Source: Malacoraja senta (Eukaryota). From it: 64,000 bases of DNA. This document shows, piece by piece, positions 50,001-63,437 of the stretch (positions are counted from its first letter, which is position 1; each line of letters opens with the position of its first letter). The notes beneath the pieces are model-generated. The model did not search any database. It saw only the letters and a program-made list of their open reading frames with translations, and had not been told where the DNA came from. The stretch covers positions 1-64,000 of the forward strand of contig JAXLNO010000384.1 of NCBI GenBank assembly GCA_038087875.1, written 5' to 3'. A program made the translations under genes and the position numbers.

Positions 50001-52016
50001 TTAGTAAATTAATAAATGCGGATCAAACGCGGTTTATACCCAAGAGATACTCTTGCAATAATTTGAGATGTCTGTTTAATATAATGCACTCATATAAAAC
50101 CGAAGAACAAGACTTATCAATTATTTCATTGGACGCAGAAAAAGCATTCGATCATGTGGAATGGGATTACCTTGTTAAAGGATTGCAAAAATTTCAAATG
50201 GGAGAGAATTTTATCGCTTGGGTAAAACTATTATATGACAGGCCTACTGCCAGAATATTAACTAATAATATGTTGTCCCCGAAATTTCAATTATCAAGGG
50301 TAAATAGACAGGAATGTTCATTATCAGCCCTGCTATTTGCTCTTGTAATAGAACCGTTAACGGAAAGTATTACAATACATCCGAATATCCATGGTTATAA
50401 TACAAAATACTCAAATAATAAAATATCATTATATGCAGATGATATACTATTATATATTACAAAATCACAAATCAGTATACCAAATATATCAAATCAAATA
50501 GAGGAATTTGGATCATTTTCAGGATATAGAATAAATTGGAATAAAAGTGAAATTATGACGATAAAACCTCAAGACTCAACACACCTGTTAAAATTCCCTT
50601 TTAAAATTGTTTCAGAAAAATTCAAATATTTGGGAATTGAAATTACTAGAAAATATAAATCTTTATTTAATGCAAACTATATGCCCTTACTCAATAAACT
50701 AAACATACTGATTACATTTTGGAAAACTCTTCCGATGTCTCTAATAGGCCGAATAAATGCTATAAAAATGTTTTTTTTACCACAAATTTTATATCTATTC
50801 CAATCAATACCGATATACTTACCAATTTTTTTTTTTTTTTTAACTGGATTCTGATATCACAAATTTTATATGGGACTATAAATCCCATAGAATTCAAAGA
50901 CGACATTTGGGAAACCTAAAGAATTTGGCGGATTAACACTCCCTAATTTTTTGTATTATTATTGGGCCGCAAATGTCAAAAATATGATTCACCTGTTGGA
51001 CAATTCGGCCCAGCAGGTGGATTGGATAGTAATGGAGAGAGAGGATTGTTCCCCTTTTAATATAGGAGCGATCCTTCTCTCACCAACAAAATTGAAGAAT
51101 ACAATATATAGTAAAAATCCAATTATTCATAGTACAATTAGAATTTGGAAACAAATAAAATTAACTTTAAAATTAAGAAATCTATCGCTTCTTTCACCTA
51201 TAGTTAATAATCCGTCGTTTAGACCATCTATTATAAATAAATCTTTTACAGACTGGGATAGATTAGGAATTAAAACGTTTGGAGACATGTATGATAATGG
51301 AAGTTTTTTATCATTTCACCAACTTCAACCTAAATACAATTTGAGTAGTAATCAATATTTTAAATATTTTCAAATCTGTGACTATTTGAAAAAATATACA
51401 CAAGAATATCAAAATATGTCTCCAGACCTATTAGACGATGCAATGAATATAAAAGTGGAATCAACTAATTTAATATCATACTTGTATAATACCATCCTAA
51501 ATATAGAAATACCATAATCTGATAGGATTAGAAGAGACTGGGAACAAGAACTAGCTATAAAAATCTCGAAAGAGAGTTGGGATAAACACTTGTCATATGT
51601 CATATGTGCATAAATGCTCGATTAATGTCAGACACATTCTAATTCAATTTAAAACTTTACACAGACTATACTACTCAAAAGCTAAAATAAGTAAATTTTA
51701 CCCAAATGTCTCTTCTATCTGTGATAAATGTCTAACCCAAGAAGCAACTATAGCACATTCTTTTGTTATTTGTATAAAAATTCAAAAATTTTGGAATGAA
51801 ATCTTTGAAATTTTTAAGAAATTATTTAAAATAAATCTGAAACCGAATGCAGAACTGATCGTTTTTGGAACAATCGAAGCCAGTTTGGAGCTGACTTCAT
51901 TTCAAAAGAGCTTCCTTAATTATGGTTTAATAATGGCAAAAATATTCTGGAAAAACGCTCCCACGCCAACGATAAAAATATGGATTTCTAATATGTCGGA
52001 ACTGTTACACCTAGAA

Positions 52017-55000
52017 TGTCAGGCGCAAGTTGTGAAAGAACACTCACGATGCGTAGAGAATGTAGAGAAACAAGTTTATTTATTAGCAAGTCTGCAGAGT
52101 TGGGTGTCTCCCCTGTCAAGACACACCTAGGATCGGGATGACTTCCATCTTTATACATTTAATGGGTATCATTGTCACACCCTCATCCCTCCCCATTGTG
52201 CTTCTTCCAATCATAACATAAAGCCCACATTCCCACGAGAACGTCCTGGAACGTCCACCCGACGTCAAAGACACCTCCCATATCATGCATCGCATGTGCA
52301 TTTAAATGAGACATCTTGTCATAGTGGGTGTGTGTACATATTCATGTAAGTTTTTCTTCTGACCTTTACCCTAGTTCTATGCTGGGCTGTTGCTATCTTC
52401 TCTGTTCTCATCCTTGAAAAAGTCACCATTTGTACTTGTCCTTTACTCCCCTTATTCTCCGTTCTATACTCCCTACTATACTCCCTACTAGACAATGGGT
52501 TCTTGTCTAAATCAACAATACCTATTAACCCCTTTCTCACAATCCACACTTTTACTTTTGCTACTGCAATCTTTGATTTAGACTATCTGCCCGTTCTCTA
52601 ATGCTAGCAGCAGAATCTTCGCCTCCTTATCTTCCTCTCGCTGGTCATACTGTGTTTTAAATTCGATAGACAGGGAGGTGAGACCTGCTAGGGCTCTCGA
52701 TACTGACCCATCAGGAGCAGTGTTGTTGGGGATGAAGGTGCAACATTGTTCCCCAAACATTACACACACCCCTCCCTTCTCAGCCAGTAGCATGTCTAAG
52801 GCCATGCGATTTTGCCAGGCCATTAGGCTGGTATCTGTCAGTTGTTCCGCTAATCCTTCAACCACATCTCGAGTGTAATTTATAAAGCGTTGTTGATTGT
52901 AGTATAGGTAGTTGATCCAGTCCACATTTTTATTAAGTGTGGACCACCAGAAGAGTATGGACTCAAAGCCCGCAGCTATCTGGTTTCTGGCTTTGAATTC
53001 ATCGGGTACCCCTCTTGGCACCCCTATCGCATCTATATATATGTGTGTGTCGAAGGGTCTGTCCTTCGGCCCTTTGTATTGTTGTTGCTAGCCAGGAATA
53101 GGTAATGATAACTCTGGCAGGTCGCATCCTTTGGTAGGATGGGATTCGTGAATAGCTGTAGTATACATGACATAGCCCCAGGTGTCCTATCCCAATTCAA
53201 GGGAAATGGTTCTGGAACCAGCTGAGGCTTAGCTCCGGCACAGGCGTAGCAATTGGTGTGTTGCATACTCCTGGCCATGTACATCATCCAGGCAAGCCAG
53301 GTGTTGGCTCCCTTCCCTCCTGTAGGTGTTCCATCCTCATATAATTGCCTTAATTCTGTTTCTCCTGCTACTATCATTATCTTCAAATCCTTAGGCTCAT
53401 TCTCCCTGTTCTATCTGCACATCCTTCCACTTTCCTGCATTTGAACACTCTGTATGCTTACATAGTTGGGTAACCACCCAACACACGACCCACCAACACG
53501 AAATCTTCATTTTTCCCGCGGGTTCTTGTTAAATATTAAAGTCAATGGTTCCTCTCCTTTGCGCACAGTCCACGGGCTGATATTGTTTGGTGGGGGCTCC
53601 ACAGGACCCTTAAATCGGCTTGCGTGTGTCCACCCTTTTTCTTTTGTTCGTACTGCTGTCTCGGTGATTAGTAACACCAGGTAGGGTCCAGTCCACTTAG
53701 GTTGCAGCTTTTCTTCCTTCCATGATGTTACAAGATCCCAGTCCCCCGCTTTCACAGAATGGATTGGAAAGTCGAGATGGGGACTCTGGGCCAGCAGCCC
53801 CTTGGTTCTTAATTCTGTAATAGAACGAGATACTGCCAGTAAATAGTTCCTTAGGAATACATCATTCCCTTGTATTTGTTGGGACCCCTTCTATCGTTCC
53901 TAAATAATAAAGACCTAACTTGTTCAACCTTTCTCTGTGTCTTAGTTGCTGAAACCCAGTCAACATTCTAATTGATCTCCTCTGTACTCTCTCTATTTTG
54001 TTGACATCCTTCCTATAATTATACCTACCAAAATTATACACCATACTCCACAATTGACCTCACCAATACCTTGTACAATTTAACATTACAACCCAACTTC
54101 TATACACAATGCTCTGATTTATAAAGGCCAACACACCAAAATCTTTCTTTACCATCCTATCTTCATGAAATTCCACCTTCAGGGAACCATGCACAGTTAT
54201 TCCTAGATCCCTCTATTCAACTTCATTTACCATGTACATTCAATTTTGATTTGTCCTGCCAAGATGTATCATCTCATACTTATCAACATTAAACCCATCT
54301 GTCATGTTTCAACCCATTCTTCCAAATGACCTAAATCTCTCTATACACTTTTTAAAATCTACTTCATTATTCACAACACCACCTATCTTAGTATCATCTA
54401 CATACTTATTAATCTATTTTACCACACCAACATCCAGATTATTGATTCACATGACAAACAACAGTGGACCCAACACACATCCCTGAGGTACCCCTCTAGT
54501 CACTGACCTCCAACCTGACAAACATCCATCCACCATTGCTCTCTGACATCTCCCATACAGCCACTTTTTAATCCATCTTGCTATTCCTTACTAACCCTTC
54601 TTAACCAACCTTATTTCCTTATTGAACCTTGTCAAAGGCCTTACTGAAGTTCATCTAGACAACATCCATCACTTTACCCTCATCAATTTCCCTAATAACC
54701 TTTTCAAAAAATTCAAGATTAGTCAAACATCACAATCACAAATCCATGCTAATTCTTCCTAATCCTACCCTATTTATCCAAATTCTTATATTGTCTTAAG
54801 TATGCTTTCCATTATTTTGCCCACCACTGATGTCAAACAACGTTCTTGTTCAAACTCTATTCTTTTCTCACATCTCTTGTCCTCCTGTTCACTTACCTCA
54901 GGGCTATTATCTATTCATACCTGCGGGACAGCCCTCAGGTATTATTGAAATGGTACCAGGTATATCAATCTTCTACCTGAACATCGGTCGGTAGTTTAGA

Positions 55001-58000
55001 AAACTCATACATACACCTTGTCTTCAGGTTTAAAGGGTCCTTCCTCCTGGTCCACCTCCAACAGCTTTTACTTTTCCTGTTCATAAATAGACTTGTATAT
55101 TAAACACATCTTATTTATATTAACCTTCAATGTTCCATTTATTCTTTCCACCATGCCTGTGACTGCAGGTGTTACATACCCAAATGTGTATTTTACTCTA
55201 AGGGTCTCTATCGCCAACTTAGCTACTCCCTAAATAAAAACAATCCGTTGTCAAAGCTGATTTCTGTAGGTCTACCAAACCTCTTAATTACCTTATTCAT
55301 CATAAACGACACTACAGGGCTTATACCTAATCTAGTCTGAACTATATCCTGCCTTTTCCCGAGGTTATCATACTCTGTCCTACATTCTGAAGTATTTTTT
55401 TTTTAAATCTCTCTCTTACATCGCTTGTTACTTATGGAACAATATCAACAAATCCTCCTTTAAATCCCTTTCTCTCTTGGGGACCCCAGTCCTGTTAGGG
55501 CTTATATCCAGATTAATTTCACTCCTGATAGGACTTTTTGAGGAAACGTACCCCAAAGACATTCATTATTGGCATGTAATTCTCTGGCCCTGCTTGGTTC
55601 CGTCATAGGACTCACTTAGGTCCATTGTTTATTGACAACAACTCCTCCTGCTGGTTTGCAAGTCTTTTTCCTATCTTTGCGATATTTCTCGACCACAGAG
55701 ACCAACTGTTCGCTGAATCTGCTTGACTTTAAGAAGAATGACATCCACCACAGTAGTTCATAATATAATGTTCATCAATCAACTCTCCACCTTTTCAGCT
55801 GGTTTTCCAGATAGGCTACTGGATTACATTGTCTGAGGGCCTGCCATGCCCTCTGCCTGTTCATAATATAATGTTCATCAATCAACTCTCCACCTTTTCA
55901 GCTGCTTTTCCAGATAGGCTATTTGCCTTTCCTTCTGTATCTCCCCTTGTTCCTTGGGGTTCCTCTTAAGTGGGTAACATTGTCTGAGGGTCTGCCATAC
56001 CCTCTGCCTGACTGTGTCAAACAGTATGCCATTGCTTGTTACATTGTTCGTATCAGTTTATACCATCCATCTTCAGTAGTTCTGTCACTTTAGTGGTTCC
56101 TATCACTTTTACCAACAGTGCCTTCAAATCTTTCATGATCAATAATCGTCCCACGTTCTCCTCCTCCAAAGCCCTAATCCATTTCCTCCCCCATCAGGGA
56201 TATAGGGTGAGGTATTTTTTTTAGCCCTTTCAGTTTATGGGTGCCCCAAGGGATAATCCGTGTCTGTCCTTCTCTTTTCTCTTTAAAGCAGTCTCATCAC
56301 TTTATCCCAATGCTTCCAACTTTAATCCTTTCTGGTATGCATTCTTTCTAATTCTAAACTCAATTTCTTGCTTCTCAAATATTCTAGCCTCCTTGCAAAA
56401 ATCTTCCACTGACTCCTCCTGCTTTATTACTTTCACGCCTGTCATTTTTCTACTTCTGTTATCTTCTAACTGCCTCTCTCTCCTTTCTTTCTAAACTTGA
56501 ATGTTTACCAATTAACTTATTTCCAATTATTTCAATCCATATTCACCACTATTTTAAATGTCCAATTCCTAGCACTAGTAACAATTTTCCAAATTATCTT
56601 TACTGACTAGAAATCTAAAAGTATCAGAAAAAAACCCAAAAGCTGGTTTCACAACTTCCCCTTCTTACGAGGATACAAACATTAATCGTTATCTTACAGC
56701 TGTTCGGCGCCTTTCACCATGACCTGATTTATTTAAAGGAACATACACCTACCTACAGTGAACATTTTTGATTTTAATAAAACTTACTTACTTACTCTTA
56801 CAATTATCACATATATAAACTTCCTCTTTCATTCCAAACCGGTTTTTACACACAAATCACATTTGTTCCATTCTTACTTCAATAAATGCAACATCTTTTA
56901 CATGTATTAAAACTCAATATAACAGAATCAAATCATTTTTGTCTTCCAATTCCCTGGGTATTTCCCTGCCCCCAGAGGCTCAATCATTTTTGTCCTCCAA
57001 TTCCCTGGGTATTTCTCTGCCCCCAGAGGCTCAGCATTCGCCCCAACGGACTATCAGCCAGAATGCTGGGGTCGGGCTTACCGCCCTTCCCCTCCCTGGT
57101 GGGCTTTCCGTTTTCATTGCCCATCCTCCCGATCGGAATTTCCCCCCCGATCTGTTTACCCCCGATCTGTTTACCCCAGATCTATTTTCCCGCCTTTTCT
57201 GCCTTGCCCGTACAGACCCCTGAATTCTTCAGGGCGGTATCCACAAGGTCTTATTTAATCGCCCGAGTAGTACTTAATTGTCAGTTTTCTTACCCGGGTC
57301 TTGTGCACAAGAATCACTCGATTTGGCTCCTTCGCGAATTTCCCCCCGATCTTCCTCCGGATCGGAACTCCCACTTGTTTCTCTAATCTCTGGTCCTGGA
57401 TATCACTCGCTCAAACCGCTGACGACAATCTAGGGGTCTGGGACCGTTGAATCAACGGGGTGCACCGTCCCTTCTTCCGTATACTGTCGCCAGCTGGCCG
57501 GAGTGGGGATCCCGAGGACGAGCCCCCAAGCTGTCAGGCGCAAGTTGTGAAAGAACACTCACGATGCGTAGAGAATGTAGAGAAACAAGTTTATTTATTA
57601 GCAAGTCTGCAGAGTTGGGTGTCTCCCCTGTCAAGACACACCGAGGATCGGGATGACTTCCATCTTTATACATTTAATGGGTATCATTGTCACACCCTCA
57701 TCCCTCTCCATTGTGCTTCTTCCAATCATAACATAAAGCCCACATTCCCACGAGAACGTCCTGGAACGTCCACCCGACGTCAAAGACACCTCCCATATCA
57801 TGCATCGCATGTGCATTTAAATGAGACATCTTGTCATAGTGGGTGTGTGTACATATTCATGTAAGTTCATTGTCCATGCGCACTGAGTGTTTCTTCTGAC
57901 CTTTACCCTAGTTCTATGCTGGGCTGTTGCTATCTTCTCTGTTCTCATCCTTGAAAAAGTCACCATTTGTACTTGTCCTTTACTCCCCTTATTCTCCGTT

Positions 58001-58062
58001 CTATACTCCCTACTAGACAATGGGTTCTTGTCTAAATCAACTATACCTGTTAACCCCTTTCA
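52017..58062 (-). mobile_element. Defective ERV (ERV-B), relative of ERV-A
   Basis: LTRs 52017-52541 and 57532-58062; Pro-like PBS at about 57509-57528; deleted env 52578-53510; integrase tail 53507-53900; CR1 insert about 53910-54840. Confidence 0.93.
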
Positions 58063-58519
58063 TAAAAATATGGATTTCTAATATGTCGGAACTGTTACAC
58101 CTAGAAGATATGACATTCCTCTTAGCAGGTAAACCAGACCATTTCCAAAAGATTTGGTCTCCATTTATCGACTTATTACAAATATAGGGTGCAACAAAAT
58201 GTTGATAATAAATGGTTTCAGGACCTGGTGAGGGGTGAGTAAAGATATGATGTAGGTACATCCCTTTTATATTGTCTTACCTTATTTTACTTTTTTTTCT
58301 TTTTCCTTCTCTTGTTTTTTTAACTCTTTCTTGTGGTTTAGGTCCCTATGGGTTTTCCTGGACCACTCTTTCACTCACTCACTTACTATCTCTGCTAACT
58401 CTTTCTATCATTTTTCTTATTAAAGTTTAAAATAAGAAGTGATACAAGAAATGTATAATTTAATGTTTGTTTGAGATCACTGTACTGTACAATACTTCTA
58501 ATAATTTTTTTTTTTAAAA

Positions 58520-58830
58520 CACATCTCCAATCAGCCACGTCTAGAGGCGGGACAATCTCCTACTCCCCCGCCCATTGGCCGGTCCTTCCGTCCGTCAACC
58601 CGTCTCTAGCCCATTGGATGATCCGTCCGCCCATCACCCAGTCCCCATCCAATCAACGCCTGCGGGAGGCGGGATGTCCATCAAACCCGCCGCCCATTGG
58701 CCGGGGCCGCCGTCCGTCACCGCCTCCTCGTGCAATCAGCGCGGTCGGGGGGCGGGACCTGGTGACGGTTGGTGCCCGGAGCCGCCGCCATCTTGATCGC
58801 CGGCGCTGTCACCATCTCCCCTCAGTAAGT
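58520..58830 (+). promoter_or_regulatory. Second copy of the CCAAT-array promoter and first exon
   Basis: Paralog of 29350-29664; donor GTAAGT at 58825. Confidence 0.7.
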
Positions 58831-58878
58831 CTCTCTCTCCCTCCCTCTCTCTGTCCCCCAGCGTCCCCGCCCCGCTAC

Positions 58879-58998
58879 CTTGGTGCCGGGGGTGAAGCGC
58901 TGCCGCCCGCCGGGGTCATGGCCGCCGTGGATGATGCGTTTGACCACCCCGTCCATGTCCGACAGCGACGCCGAGAGCGCCGAGTCCGCGTCCGCCAT
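58879..58998 (-). CDS. AIP: Intact-looking AIP coding exon 1 (functional status unknown)
   Basis: aagATGG start; [40 protein letters not shown]|gt, phase 0; resembles the AIP N-terminus (DGIQKRVIQEG...FQDGTK). Confidence 0.72.
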
Positions 58999-60109
58999 CT
59001 TGGCTCGGCGGCGCCTCGATCAATCGCCCGCCCGCTATGACCATCTTATGGTAATTTTCGGTCCTTCACAGAAAACATGCATGCATCAATCAATCTGTAG
59101 TGTGCATCGTTAAGCATATATGTTATCATGGTCCAGGATTTATTGACACAGGTTAATCATACGCTGAATAATCCAACCACATTGTTGTTTGGAAGTGGAA
59201 AGAACTAATAGAAATTGCATTAATTGCAATGTGTAAAAAGAGTTGAGATACTGTCTTATAATTTTGCTGCATGTCATTGTGGGATATATGTCCTAATTGG
59301 TGAATATGTTTAGTTTGTGACTTTATTTGAAGCAGAAATAATATGTGAATGCTTCATTGAGTATAATTCCGACTGGTAACTACGCACTTCGTCCGAGCAT
59401 ATTATCGCACGCGTCATGCAAGCTGTCTTAAATGACCACCTAAGCTGTCATTTGGCAACCTCAAAAGCTGCCAAGGTTGCCCGGCTGGCAACAGGGAAAA
59501 AAAGTTAAGCGAGAGCCCTGTCTTTACTGCAAAATGGTTCTTTATTGCTCTGTGACCCTTTACCTTTCCCCGTAATGCACCCATTGCACAGATGCCAACG
59601 TTTGTAAAAGCCCTGAAACTAGCAGAGATTTGGTATGAAAATCACGGAACTACAGATGCTGGTTTACAAAAAAAAGACGCAAAGTGCTGGAGTAACTCAG
59701 CGGGTCAGGCAGCATCTGTGGAGAACATGGATAGGTGAGATTTTGGGTTGGGAGCCTCAGACTGATTTAACTGTTTTAATTGGGGCACTTTATGAAGACT
59801 GGTTTTCAGTTGATGACTAATTGTTATGATTAAGGAGACAGCAAGGAATTTAAAGTGGTTCTACAGTACTTGGTTGAGGAAAGTTAATGTGAACTAGTTG
59901 TTAACCACTTGTGTGAAATGGTTAATGTTAACTTCCCTAATCAAAGCTTGTTTATTATGAGTTCTTGTGAAGGACTTTCAGGTGAAAGGAATATGTGTGG
60001 AGTTGTCATTCATTGAGCTTTGGATTGGACAGACTGTTGTAGAGATTTGTAAAGATATTTGAATGCTCTTGCACAAAAGACACAGAGTGCTGGAGTAACT
60101 CAGCGGGTC

Positions 60110-63100
60110 ATAGAAACATAGAAAATAGGTGCAGGAGGAGGCCATTCGTCCCTTCAAGCCAGCACCGCCATTCATTGTGATCATGGCTGATCGTCCCCAA
60201 TCAATAACCCGTGCCTGCCTTCTCCCCAGAGCTCTGTCTAACTCTCTCTTAAATCCATCCAGTGATTTGACCTCCACTGCCCTCTGTGGCAGGGAATTCC
60301 ACAAATTCACAACTCTCTGGGTGAAAAAGTTTTTTCTCACCTCAGTCTTAAATGGCCTCCCCTTTATTCTAAGACTGTGGCCCCTGGTCCTGGACTCGCC
60401 CAACATTGGGAATATTTTCCCTGCATCTAGCTTGTTCAGTCCTTTTATAATTTTATAAGTTTCTATAAGATCATCCCTTCATCCTTCTAAACTCCAGTGA
60501 ATACAATCCTAGTCTTTTCAATCTTTCCTCATATGACAGTCCCGCCATCACAGGGATCAATATTGTGAACCTACGCTGCACTGCCTCAATCACAAGGATG
60601 TCCTTCCTCAAATTAGGAGACCAAAACTGCACGCAATACTCCAGAGGTTGTCTTACCAGACCCCTATACAACTGCAGAAGAACCACTTTACTAGTATACT
60701 GAAATCCTCTTATTATGAAGGCTAACATTCCATTAGCTTTCTTCACTGCCTGCTGTACCTGCACGCAAACTTTTTAGTGACCATTGTAAAACGACACAAA
60801 GGTCTTGCTGTACCTCCCCCTTACCTAACCTAACCCCATTGAGATAATATTCTGCCCTCTTGTTTTTGCCACCAAAGTGGATAACCTCACATTTATCTAT
60901 ATTATACTACATCTGCCACGAATCTGCCCACTCACTCAACTTGTCCAGGTCACCCTGCAACCTCCTAACATCCTCTTCACAGTTCACACTGCCACCCAGC
61001 TTTGTGTCATCCGCAAACTTGCTAGTGTTGCTCCTAATTTCCTCTTCCAAATCATTAATATATATGGTAAACAGTTGCGGCCCCAACACCGAGCCTTGCG
61101 GCACTCCACTCGCCACTGCCTGCCATTCTGAAAAGGACCGGTTCACTCCTACTCTTTGCTTCCAGTCTGCCAACCAATTTCTATCCATGTCAACACCCTA
61201 CCCCCAATACCATGTGCTCTAATTTTAGTCACCAGTCTCCCGTGCGGGACCTTATCAAAAGCTTTCTGAAAGTCTAGATGCACTACATCCACTAGCACCC
61301 CTTCATCCATCTTACTTGTCACATCCTCAAAAAATTCCAGAAGATTAATCAAGCATGATTTCCCTTTCATAAATCCATGATGACTTGGACTAATCCTTTT
61401 ACTGCTATCCAAATGCCCCATTATTACCTCTTTAATAATTGGCTCCAGCATCTTTCCCACCACCGAAGTCAGGCTAACTGGTCTGTAATTCCCCGTTTTC
61501 TCTCTCGCTCCTTTCTTTAAAAGTGGGATAACATTAACTACCCTCCAATCCCCAGGAACTAATCCTGAATCTATTGAACATTGGAAAATGATCACCAATG
61601 CGTTCACTATTTCTAGAGCTATCTCCCTGAGGACCCTGGGATGCAGACCATCAGGCCCAGGGGATTTATCATCCTTCAGTCCCATTAGCCTACCCAATAC
61701 TATTTCTCGCCTAATGACAATTTCTTTCAGTTCCTCTACCCCCTTAGATCATCTGTCCTCCAGTACATCTGGGAGATTGTTTGTGTCTTCCTTAGTGAAG
61801 ACAGATCCAAAGTACCTGTTCAACTCTTCTGCCATTTCCTTGTTGCCCATAATATTTTCACCCGTGTCTGCCTTCAAGGGACCCACATTTGACTCTGCTA
61901 CTCTTTTTCCCTAAACATATCTAAAGAAGCTTTTACTGTCCTTCTTTATATTCCTGGCCAGCTTCCCCTCGTACTTCATCCTTTCAGCTAGTATTGCCCG
62001 TTTTGTTTCCTTCTGGTGTCCTATGAAAGTTTCCCAATCCTCTGGCTTCCGGCTTCTCTTTGCTGTGTTATACATCTTTTCTTTTAGTTTTATTCTATCC
62101 CTAACTTCTCTTGTCAGCCACGGTTGCCTCCTACTCCCCTTAGAATCTTTCTTCCTTTTTGGAATGAAATGATCCTGAGTCTCCTGGATTATGCCCAGAA
62201 ATTCCTGACATTGCTATTCCACCGTCATTCCTGCTAGGATCCCTTTCCAGTCTACCTTGGCCAGCTCCCCTCTCATGCCTTCATAGTCCCCTTTGTTCAA
62301 CTGCATCACTGCCACTTCCGATTTAACGTTCTCCTTCTCAAATTGCAGATTAAAACTAATCATATTATGATTCCTACCTCCAAGCGCTTCCTTTACCTCG
62401 AGTTCTCTTATCATATCTGGTTCATTGGACAACACTAAATCAAGAATTGCCTTTTCTCTGGTCGGCTCCATTACAAGCTGCTCTAAGAATCCATCTCGGA
62501 GGCATTCTACGAATTCTCTTTCTTGGGGTCCTGAACCAACCTGCTTTTCCCAGTCTAACTGCATATTGAAATCCCCCATCACCACAGTGGCATTACCTCT
62601 GCTACATGCCAGTTTTAACTCCTGCTGCAACTTACACCCTGCATCCGGCTACTATTTGAGGTTCTGTAGATAACACCAATTAGTGTCTTCTTGCCTTTAC
62701 AATTCCTCAACTCAATCCACAGTGACTCGTCCTCGTCAGTCCCTGTGTCTTTCTCGCAAGGGACTGAATTCCATCCCTCACCAGCAGAGCTCCCCCCCCC
62801 CTCCCCTGCCCACCTGCCTGTCCTTTCTATAGGATATATAACCCTGAATATTAAGTTCCCAGGCCCGATCCTCCTGCAGCCACGTCTCAGTAATCCCCAC
62901 AATGTCATATCTACCACCCTCTAACAGCCTCAAGCTCATCTACTTTGCTTCTTATACTTCGCGCATTCATATACAATACTTTTAATTCCTGTTGCATCTC
63001 ACCTTTCACATCGATCCCTATTACACATGGCCATACTCTCCTATCCCTTTGTGAGCTTCCTTTCCCATTAATTCTGGGGTCATTAAATCTCCCTTTACTC

Positions 63101-63130
63101 TCTTTCCCTTCAACTCCATCCTCGACCATC
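60110..63130 (-). mobile_element. CR1 LINE, near-complete ORF2, disrupted
   Basis: VLYMNARSIRSKVDEL, MGDFN, KSPGPDG, DFQKAFDKVPH, GVPQGS and FADD motifs, plus 3' UTR. Confidence 0.95.
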
Positions 63131-63149
63131 CCAACGGCCAGGAGGGGGG

Positions 63150-63430
63150 GGGGGTTTCCACGAGGAGGGGGGCAGTTGGAGACGGGAAAAGGGATCATCA
63201 ATGGGGGCGAGGACTCCTTCCGAGGGAAGAATGCTGTGAGGCGGAGGCGACGGTAGAAGAGCTCCAAATCGAGGCGGGCGCGGAACTCATTGAGGTGGGG
63301 ACGGAGGGGGACAAAGGTGAGGCCACTGCTGAGGACAGACCGTACGGTATATGAGAGTGGGAGGTCAGGGGGGATGGTGAACACATGGCAGGGATGGGGG
63401 TTGGGGCCGGAGGAAGGCAGGTGAGTGGAC
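63150..63430 (-). mobile_element. Penelope-like 5' ORF fragment
   Basis: VFTIPPDLPLS...SVLSSGLTFVPLRPHLNEFRARLDLELFYRRLRL; related piece at 34200-34372. Confidence 0.65.
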
Positions 63431-63437
63431 TGAGGCG

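Larger units (their letters stand above)
47670..58505 (+). mobile_element. L1-clade LINE ORF2 remnant split by two LTR elements
   Basis: AT-rich; ILAKTLARRL (47690), SLDAEKAFD, SLYADD and KYLGI motifs, C-terminal zinc-knuckle region. Segments 47670-47730, 50001-52016 and 58063-58505. Confidence 0.9.
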
